A stretch of 39,882 nt of DNA from Minisyncoccota bacterium (lineage in GTDB: Bacteria > Patescibacteriota > Minisyncoccia > Phycocordibacterales > Phycocordibacteraceae): NCBI GenBank assembly GCA_041664265.1, contig JBAYLD010000006.1, positions 1-39,882 on the forward strand, written 5' to 3'. Both the position numbers and the translations under genes were made by a program. How positions within the stretch are numbered: the stretch's first letter is position 1; each line of letters starts with the position of its first letter. The notes below the pieces were generated by a model. It did not search any database. It had not been told where the DNA came from and saw only the letters and a list, made by a program, of their open reading frames with translations. Positions 34,477 to 39,882 of this stretch are shown piece by piece.

Positions 34477-36722
34477 ATGATCGCTTGAAACAGGTTTTCC
34501 CCTACCTGCTTCTCGTACCGGCGGTTCTCCCGCTCGTGTACGTGAGCGGGATTCTCTATCCCTATGTCACCCCCAAAACCTTCTTGTTGCAGGGGAGCGG
34601 CGCTCTAGCACTCGCTGTCTTCTCGTATCTCGCGCTCGCTGGGCAAGCGTTTTTTTATGCGCGCCTACGCGAACCGGCGACGTGGATACCTGCCGCGCTT
34701 CTCTCTGTCGCCTATGTCGCTTCTCTTTCTGGTACTGACTTCTATCACAGCTTCTGGGGGCTCTTGGAGCGTGGCGACGGGCTCCTCACGCTCACCGTCA
34801 TCACTGTTTCCTTCTATCTCATCCTACTTTATGCTCCGACGCCCTCCGGAGTCGGAGTCCCGACCATAAGCGTCGGGACCGATCGGAAATTCTTAGAGCG
34901 CCTGATAAAGACCATTACTGTAGTTGCCGGGATCGTCGCAGGCATCGCCGTTCTCCAATGGGTTACGCTTGTTCTTGGTGGGAGGGCGTGGTTCCTGCCG
35001 CCGATCACAGGACGTATCGGGAGCACGTTGGGGAATGCGGCATTTCTCGCCGGGTATCTCGGTATGGCGCTTTTTGTGGCGCTCGTCGCATTACGTGATG
35101 CAAACCGTCTGTGGCGCCGCATAGGCACCACCACCGTGGCACTCTCGGTGCTCGCGATACTCCTCGCGGCAACGCGTGGGACGATACTGGCGCTCTTGGT
35201 GGCGGGTGTCGTCGCACTCGCCTTTTTGGGATGGAAGGGGGTTGGGGAGTGGAGGCGATACGCGCGATATGGGTTCGCGGCATTGGTTGTTATCGCGGGC
35301 CTTTTCTTCGTATTCCGCACCGAGCTTGCAAATGCGCCCTTCGAGCCGGTGCGCCGCATCGCCCAGATCTCACTCTCTGAAGGGACGGTCAGTAGCCGCT
35401 TGTTTGTCTGGTCGCACATAGCTGAAGAAGCGCTTGAGCGTCCTTTTTCTGGATACGGAGCTGAACATATCGCTCGGATTTTTGATACGGTGTATGACCC
35501 CGGCAAGATTGTCGAGCAGTGGTTTGATCGTTCGCATAACGCATTTTTAGATTATTTTGCGCAGTATGGCATATTCGGCCTCGCGCTCTACCTGGCACTC
35601 ATTGGCGCATTCGCTCTCTATGCGCGCCGGCTCGACGTCATCTTCCTCCTTCTCATTCTCACGTATGCTCTGCCAAACTTCTTCGTCTTTGATACGCCCG
35701 CCTCGCTCTGGCTCCTGTATGCGCTGTTCGCCTTGCTTATTGTGCGCTCTGAGGAGCCTGTCACCCCGGTCTCATTAAAGCCCCGGCCGCCTCTCATAGC
35801 GGGAGCCGTAGCGGGACTCATCGCCTTGGTAATCATACCGACGGTTGTTCTCCCGCTCTACGCGAACATCCTCTTGACTCGGGGCTATCTCTATCACCTT
35901 ATCGACGTGAATCGGGCGAACGCCTCTTTTGAACGCGGGCTTGCTCTCGGCACCTATGCTGACCTCGAGTATGGCTACCAGGCTTACTCTATGTACACCG
36001 ACCATCAGGCGATCCAACTCTCGGGAGAGGATCGTGTTGCGGCATATTCCTATGCGCTCGCGACGCTCACAAAGAATTTTGAGGCGTATCCCTATGACGC
36101 GCGAACCGCAACGTATCTTGGGCACGTTTTGGATACGGCGCCTCCAGAAATCGCAGTGGATGATGTATTCGACCAGCAGGTGCTCTCTCGGGCGATAGAG
36201 CTCTCGCCGCTACGCGCGCAAGCGTGGTACATGATGGCGAATATCGCCCTGCGAAAGGCCGATGCGCTCCCGCAGGGCGACCGAGGGAAGGAGCAGTACT
36301 TCCGAGAAGCGATCGCGGTGCTTGAGGAATACGCGCAAAAAGAAGCCACGCTTTCTGTGCCGCGCTATATTCTTGCTTCTTTGTACTACAAGCTTGGCGA
36401 TACCATAACCGCGAAGAAGTGGGCGGACGAGGCATTTCCTCTCTATACGCACTTTGATGTTGCGGCTGCGCAGCCTGCGGTGAAATATTATTTGGCGATA
36501 GGAGACTGGCGACGCGCCGTGCGCTTCCTTACGGACTTGGTTGACAACGATCCTTCAGACTATGATGTCCTCTATGACCTCGCGAAGGTGACCTACTTGG
36601 CAGGTGACCCCGCCGCTGCGGTGCGCATTGTCGAGCAGCTGCGCAGCAGCAACCCAGCGATACTCGGTACTGATCAGAATTTCTTAAACGCTATTACGGC
36701 CTATGAACAATCCCAAAAATAA
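34473..36722 (+). CDS. O-antigen ligase/Wzy_C-family polytopic membrane protein with C-terminal TPR domain
   Basis: LLAATRGTILALLVAGVV and GYGAEHI...RSHNAFLDYFAQYGIFGLALYLALI are Wzy_C (PF04932-type) motifs. The C-terminal ~300 aa are TPR-like. The ATGA-coupled start at 34473 is preferred; 34461 is an alternative. Confidence 0.8.
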   Translation: MNDRLKQVFPYLLLVPAVLPLVYVSGILYPYVTPKTFLLQGSGALALAVFSYLALAGQAFFYARLREPATWIPAALLSVAYVASLSGTDFYHSFWGLLERGDGLLTLTVITVSFYLILLYAPTPSGVGVPTISVGTDRKFLERLIKTITVVAGIVAGIAVLQWVTLVLGGRAWFLPPITGRIGSTLGNAAFLAGYLGMALFVALVALRDANRLWRRIGTTTVALSVLAILLAATRGTILALLVAGVVALAFLGWKGVGEWRRYARYGFAALVVIAGLFFVFRTELANAPFEPVRRIAQISLSEGTVSSRLFVWSHIAEEALERPFSGYGAEHIARIFDTVYDPGKIVEQWFDRSHNAFLDYFAQYGIFGLALYLALIGAFALYARRLDVIFLLLILTYALPNFFVFDTPASLWLLYALFALLIVRSEEPVTPVSLKPRPPLIAGAVAGLIALVIIPTVVLPLYANILLTRGYLYHLIDVNRANASFERGLALGTYADLEYGYQAYSMYTDHQAIQLSGEDRVAAYSYALATLTKNFEAYPYDARTATYLGHVLDTAPPEIAVDDVFDQQVLSRAIELSPLRAQAWYMMANIALRKADALPQGDRGKEQYFREAIAVLEEYAQKEATLSVPRYILASLYYKLGDTITAKKWADEAFPLYTHFDVAAAQPAVKYYLAIGDWRRAVRFLTDLVDNDPSDYDVLYDLAKVTYLAGDPAAAVRIVEQLRSSNPAILGTDQNFLNAITAYEQSQK
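34834..34878 (+). repeat. Tandem-hairpin palindromic element, in frame within the Wzy_C gene
   Basis: CTCCGAC-gccctccgga-GTCGGAG and TCCCGAC-cataagc-GTCGGGA, translated PTPSGVGVPTISVG. Close relative of 37586-37627. Confidence 0.85.
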
Positions 36723-36873
36723 CCCACCTGCCGGTAGACAAAGAGAGAGTCTGCGCGTGAAGGAGAAGCGCATGCTCCCGTTCGCGATTGAGTTCGTGAA
36801 GTTCCTCATCGCCTTCGTGGTCATCATCACGACGGCACTCTTCACACTCCACCTCGCAAACGCTGCGTTGTAG
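36703..36873 (+). CDS. Possible small membrane protein (56 aa)
   Basis: ATG inside an ATGA near the end of the Wzy_C gene. Basic N-terminus plus one TM (FAIEFVKFLIAFVVIITTALFTL). The strong terminator follows directly. Not in the supplied ORF track because it is under 60 aa. Confidence 0.35.
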   Translation: MNNPKNNPPAGRQRESLRVKEKRMLPFAIEFVKFLIAFVVIITTALFTLHLANAAL

Positions 36874-36881
36874 CGAAAAGT

Positions 36882-36926
36882 CCACGAGGTGACACCTTAC
36901 GGCTGCCGTAAGGTGTCACCTCGTGG
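36882..36926 (+). terminator. Strong terminator hairpin
   Basis: 21-bp perfect stem CCACGAGGTGACACCTTACGG-ctg-CCGTAAGGTGTCACCTCGTGG followed by TTGATTTG. Confidence 0.8.
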
Positions 36927-36966
36927 TTGATTTGCAATTTGAGCTCGTTCTGATAAGGTTCTTTTT

Positions 36967-37051
36967 GTACGAACCGAAGACCGTGGGCGTTTATAAGTCC
37001 TACGCAGGGAGACCAATAACAGGTCGAACTCTCCTTTAGTTTCGTTCGTAC
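36967..37051 (+). promoter_or_regulatory. Structured 5' leader of rplJ (candidate L10 autoregulatory leader)
   Basis: GTACGAAC (36967-36974) pairs with GTTCGTAC (37044-37051), enclosing ~70 nt and ending 9 nt before the rplJ ATG. L10 leaders are a known ribosomal-protein regulatory RNA class. Confidence 0.4.
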
Positions 37052-37060
37052 GGAAAAAAT

Positions 37061-37552
37061 ATGGCTATAACCAAAGATAAAAAGCGCGAGATAGTCGCGA
37101 AGCTTGCCGAGGCATTTACCGATGCATCCGCAATCGTGTTCGTCGGCTTCACGAAGCTCACTGTCGCAGACGCCTCGAAGATGCGCGCCCAACTCAAAGA
37201 TGCGGGCGTTCGCTACTTCGTCGCGAAGAAAACTCTCTTGCGTCTTGCACTGAAAGAGCAGGGCTATGAGGGAGAGGTACCAAGCTTGCCTGGCGAAGTC
37301 GCTGTCGCGTGGACGAGCAATGAGGTGACGGCACCGGCGCATGGTGTGTATGAGTATGGCAAGAAGTTGAAGGGTGCGTTGAAGCTTCTTGGCGGCGTAT
37401 TTGAAGGGGTATTCATCGACGCCGAGAAGGCACTCGCGATCGCGACGATCCCACCGATGCCTGTGTTGCGCGGGATGTTCTTGAATGTCATCAATAGTCC
37501 GATTCAAGGATTGGTGGTGGCGCTCGATCAAATTAGCAAGAAAAAACAATAA
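37061..37552 (+). CDS. rplJ: 50S ribosomal protein L10
   Basis: [57 protein letters not shown]. Confidence 0.92.
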   Translation: MAITKDKKREIVAKLAEAFTDASAIVFVGFTKLTVADASKMRAQLKDAGVRYFVAKKTLLRLALKEQGYEGEVPSLPGEVAVAWTSNEVTAPAHGVYEYGKKLKGALKLLGGVFEGVFIDAEKALAIATIPPMPVLRGMFLNVINSPIQGLVVALDQISKKKQ

Positions 37553-37554
37553 TT

Positions 37555-38004
37555 ATGGAAGACGAAAACAAGATAGAAGAGGCAGCTCCGACGTCAGAAG
37601 TCGGAGCGCCGACCGAAAGCGTCGGCGTTGAAGTGCCTTCGAAGTTCAAGAAGCTTGTTGAAGAGATCGAGGCCATGACGGTCATCGAACTCTCTGAGCT
37701 CGTGAAGGTGCTTGAGAAGAAGTTTGGCGTAAGTGCGGCAGCCGTTGCGGTCGCCGGCCCCGCGGCTGGTGCCGCACCGGAGGAAGAGGGGAAGAGCACG
37801 AGTGATGTCGAACTCACTGATGTGGGAGCGAACAAGATCGCCGTCATTAAGGCGGTAAAAGAAGCGCTGGCCCTCGGGCTCAAAGAGGCGAAAGATCTCG
37901 TTGACGGCGCTCCTTCGATGCTGAAGACAGGCATGAAGAAAGAGGATGCTGCTGAATTGGCGAAAAAACTTACGGACGCAGGAGCGAAAGTCACCCTTAA
38001 GTAA
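37555..38004 (+). CDS. rplL: 50S ribosomal protein L7/L12 with N-terminal extension
   Basis: [27 protein letters not shown], an Ala/Pro hinge, and C-terminal [27 protein letters not shown]...[14 protein letters not shown]. Confidence 0.95.
   Translation: MEDENKIEEAAPTSEVGAPTESVGVEVPSKFKKLVEEIEAMTVIELSELVKVLEKKFGVSAAAVAVAGPAAGAAPEEEGKSTSDVELTDVGANKIAVIKAVKEALALGLKEAKDLVDGAPSMLKTGMKKEDAAELAKKLTDAGAKVTLK
37586..37627 (+). repeat. Tandem-hairpin palindromic element, in frame within rplL
   Basis: CTCCGAC-gtcagaa-GTCGGAG and CGCCGAC-cgaaagc-GTCGGCG, translated [13 protein letters not shown]. Confidence 0.85.
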
Positions 38005-38020
38005 CCTTATTACACCACAC

Positions 38021-38053
38021 AAAAAACCACGAGGCGTCGCCTCGTGGTTTTTT
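38021..38053 (+). terminator. Intrinsic terminator after rplL
   Basis: AAAAAACCACGAGGCG/CGCCTCGTGGTTTTTT. The 19-nt core CACGAGGCGTCGCCTCGTG is identical to the rplK terminator core. Confidence 0.9.
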
Positions 38054-38091
38054 GCGTTTCTTGGGGTAAAAACGTATATTGAAACGAACCT

Positions 38092-38661
38092 ATGGAACCC
38101 CTCGCCAAGATCTTCGGCTCGCCGGCTCGCCTGAAGATGCTCCGCTTTTTCGTATTCAATCAAGACTCCGCCTTTACTCCCGCAGAGATTATGAAGAGGA
38201 CGAAGCTCTCGAAGGAGATAACGCGTGCCGAGCTCAGCGAGCTTTGCGTCAGCAGCCTCCTGCGCAAGAAGGGCGCACGTGCCGCGGCGCGGTACCAGGT
38301 GAACCCTCGCTTTGAGTATCTCGTCGCGCTCAAGACCTTCATCCGCGAGACGACCAATGTCCATCCACGCGCCATTATCGGCGCATTGCGGCGCGGGGGG
38401 ACTCTGCAGCTCGTCGCGCTCTCTGGATTCTTCACGGGCATTCTTGAGTCGCAGATCGATCTGCTTATCGTCGGTGACCACCTTGAGGAGCGCGTCCTTT
38501 CGCACTCGGTACACGCACTTGAGGCAGAGTTGGGGCGTGAGATCCGTTATGCCTCTTTCGCGACCGCCGACTTTAAATACCGCATCGGGGTCTATGACCG
38601 GCTTTTACGGGACGTTTTCGACTATCCACACCGCCTCCTGATCGATAAAATAGGGCTCTAA
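38092..38661 (+). CDS. Putative wHTH regulator with C-terminal nucleotidyltransferase-like domain
   Basis: The N-terminal SPARLKMLRFFVFNQDSAFTPAEIMKRTKLSKEITRAELSELCVSSLLRKK resembles an ArsR/MarR-type wHTH. The C-terminal domain is uncharacterised. Confidence 0.55.
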   Translation: MEPLAKIFGSPARLKMLRFFVFNQDSAFTPAEIMKRTKLSKEITRAELSELCVSSLLRKKGARAAARYQVNPRFEYLVALKTFIRETTNVHPRAIIGALRRGGTLQLVALSGFFTGILESQIDLLIVGDHLEERVLSHSVHALEAELGREIRYASFATADFKYRIGVYDRLLRDVFDYPHRLLIDKIGL

Positions 38662-38736
38662 AAATTGGTATACTCTCGACAGGCGCTCACCTGTATCTCG
38701 TGGGCATTTAATCGCATAACCGAAGCGTTATTTACT

Positions 38737-39420
38737 ATGGTTTTCAACACATGGGCAGACGTGCTTAGTCAATCGTTCCAGAACATTTCGTATGGACTGT
38801 TGGCGTTCGTTCCCAATCTCGTCGTCGCGATTGTCATCTTCATTGTCGGTTGGCTCGTCGGCCTCGGTCTCGGCCGCGTCGTCGCGCAGATTATCGATGC
38901 GCTCCGTGTCGATCGCGCGCTTCGCTCAACTGGTATTGAACGAGTGCTCTCACGTGCTGGTTTTGAGCTCTCATCGGGAAAATTCGTCGGTTTCCTTGTC
39001 AAATGGTTCTTCATCATCGTCTTCTTGATGGCGTCGCTCGATGTGCTCCGCTTGACGATTGTGAACCTATTTATCAGCGATGTGGTCCTCGGCTATCTTC
39101 CGCAGGTGATTGTCGCGGTCTTAATCCTCCTCGTCGCGGCAGTTCTCGCCGAGGCGGCGGAGCGTGTCGTCGTCGGCTCGGCAAAGGCGGCGTCTTTGCA
39201 CGCGGCAGGATTCCTCGGCAAGGTAGCGCGGTATGCGATTCTGATATTCGCGGTTCTTGCGGCGCTCTCGCAGCTTAATGTGGCAGCGGCGTTCGTGCAG
39301 ACGCTCTTCACGGGTGTCGTCATCGCGGTCTCGCTCGCCCTTGGCCTCGCCTTCGGCCTTGGCGGCCAGAAAGCAGCAGAGAAGTATATCGATCATCTCC
39401 AGTCGGAGATCAAGGACTAG
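38737..39420 (+). CDS. Membrane protein with conserved TM-helix repeats (mechanosensitive-channel-associated type)
   Basis: FVPNLVVAIVIFIVGWLVGLGLGRVVAQII and a second similar repeat, YLPQVIVAVLILLVAAVLAEAAERVV. The TGGTATACT -10 box at 38666-38674 argues that the start is ATG 38737, not TTG 38665. Confidence 0.6.
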   Translation: MVFNTWADVLSQSFQNISYGLLAFVPNLVVAIVIFIVGWLVGLGLGRVVAQIIDALRVDRALRSTGIERVLSRAGFELSSGKFVGFLVKWFFIIVFLMASLDVLRLTIVNLFISDVVLGYLPQVIVAVLILLVAAVLAEAAERVVVGSAKAASLHAAGFLGKVARYAILIFAVLAALSQLNVAAAFVQTLFTGVVIAVSLALGLAFGLGGQKAAEKYIDHLQSEIKD

Positions 39421-39430
39421 CAAGTAAACT

Positions 39431-39482
39431 GATGGACACCCCGTGTCCATCAACAAACCGCCCCGCTCCCGCGGGGCGGTTT
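39431..39482 (+). terminator. Double terminator hairpin
   Basis: GATGGACAC-ccc-GTGTCCATC, then AAACCGCCCCGC-tcc-CGCGGGGCGGTTT. Confidence 0.75.
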
Positions 39483-39495
39483 ACGTTTATGCTTG

Positions 39496-39524
39496 TTGAC
39501 AGAGATTTGTGCTTACCCTATACT
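39496..39524 (+). promoter_or_regulatory. Consensus sigma-70 promoter upstream of the 23S rRNA gene
   Basis: TTGACA (39496-39501), exactly 17-nt spacer, TATACT (39519-39524). Confidence 0.7.
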
Positions 39525-39604
39525 CCCTCTACGTGTCTACGAACCGAAAACTACTCACTTTAGGAGCGGATAGGCCGTAAGGCCACGCGCGCGCAAGCGC
39601 TCGG

Positions 39605-39633
39605 AAAACCGCCCCTTGGGGCGGTTTTCGTTT
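39605..39633 (+). terminator. Terminator-like hairpin inside the rRNA leader
   Basis: AAAACCGCCCC-tt-GGGGCGGTTTT followed by CGTTT, ~100 nt downstream of the promoter and ~110 nt before the 23S 5' end. Confidence 0.5.
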
Positions 39634-39741
39634 CAAGAAGACACGGAACTTTGACATACGAATACGCAAAAGGTAATTGAACTCTCCGCGGCTCACCGCT
39701 GCGGGGAAAATTCAAAGTGCAAATAAAAGATTGTGGTATAC

Positions 39742-39882
39742 AAAGTTCCGTGCGAGAGGCATAAGAGTACACGGTGGATGCCTTGGCCTAGGACGGCTAT
39801 GAAGGACGCGACTAACCTGCGAAAAGCTTCGGGGAGGCGGTTTGTAGCCTTTGATCCGGAGATATCCGAATGGGGAAACCCT
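39742..39882 (+). rRNA. rrl: 23S rRNA, 5' end (partial, continues beyond the window)
   Basis: GAGTACACGGTGGATGCCTTGGC...GATGAAGGACGCG...TCCGAATGGGGAAACCC matches the universally conserved 23S 5' domain (compare E. coli GCGTACACGGTGGATGCCCTGGC...TTCCGAATGGGGAAACCC). The exact 5' end is uncertain by about 10 nt. Confidence 0.93.

Noticed and set aside
37594-38514. 306-aa antisense ORF across rplL and the wHTH gene, plus similar long shadow ORFs (10178..10867, 12500..13159, 16942..17616, 21102..21719, 23763..24488, 29598..30194, 31104..31862, 34829..35506, 36842..37549)
   Set aside because: Each lies opposite a well-supported conserved gene. They are Arg/Ser/Ala-rich, as is typical of GC-rich antisense frames, and have no start-site signals.
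39530-39633. SRP RNA or 5S rRNA identity for the ~100-nt promoter-to-hairpin segment
   Set aside because: It has a GUAA tetraloop hairpin (GGCC-GUAA-GGCC) but lacks the conserved SRP domain IV loops. It also does not match the 5S loop C/E consensus. I kept it only as an unclassified sRNA or attenuator candidate.
39651-39679. Second rRNA promoter (TTGACA-17-TAATTG)
   Set aside because: The -35 box is perfect but the -10 matches the consensus at only 2 of 6 positions. The TTGACA may instead be part of a boxA-like element.
1-39882. Alternative genetic code (UGA recoding, as in some candidate phyla), CRISPR arrays, transposases or integrases, and prophage or defence genes
   Set aside because: Conserved genes terminate at TGA at the expected lengths (for example the AI-2E transporter, metG and the TPR gene). 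I saw no repeat-spacer arrays, no recombinase, transposase or reverse-transcriptase ORFs, and no recognisable defence domains on either strand.

Overview
This is a gene-dense, moderately GC-rich bacterial chromosomal window that uses the standard genetic code, since conserved genes end at TGA, TAA or TAG at the expected lengths.

**Content.** Most genes are housekeeping:
- tRNA-His
- secE-nusG-rplK
- four aminoacyl-tRNA synthetases (argS, ileS, glyQS, metG)
- recO and tatD
- rpsF-ssb-rpsR
- efp
- an ECF sigma factor with a membrane anti-sigma candidate
- recA and ftsK
- rplJ-rplL
- the first ~140 nt of a 23S rRNA gene with no 16S upstream

**Likely source.** The genome looks streamlined and resembles Patescibacteria/CPR (Parcubacteria-like). 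This is inference only. The supporting features are frequent ATGA/GTGA start-stop overlaps, rplK not followed by rplA, rplJL sitting 34 kb away, an unlinked 23S, divergent S6 and NusG extensions, and Thr/Ser-rich surface proteins anchored by peptidoglycan-binding domains.

**Non-housekeeping regions.**
1. 3.4-7.7 kb: a nucleotide-metabolism island between rplK and argS. It holds a 368-aa orphan, a cytidylyltransferase-like protein, a fused N-terminal-domain/dCMP deaminase, a HIT protein and an atypical ThyA homologue. Two of its genes carry a repeated ~42-nt leader and strong Shine-Dalgarno sites.
2. 27.2-36.9 kb: a cell-surface cluster. It holds a wHTH protein, a 1143-aa S-layer-like protein, two smaller secreted Ser/Thr-rich proteins, a TPR protein and a Wzy_C/O-antigen-ligase-like protein with a TPR tail.

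**Sequence-level observations worth a second look.**
- 42-45-nt double-hairpin palindromic elements sit in frame inside rplL, the Wzy_C gene and tatD.
- A ~40-nt junction is duplicated in front of rpsR and recA.
- TATACT-type -10 boxes lie 6-7 nt upstream of ATG with no Shine-Dalgarno, suggesting leaderless mRNAs.
- A consensus promoter followed by a terminator-like hairpin sits upstream of the 23S gene.

I found no CRISPR array, transposase, integrase or recognisable defence gene.
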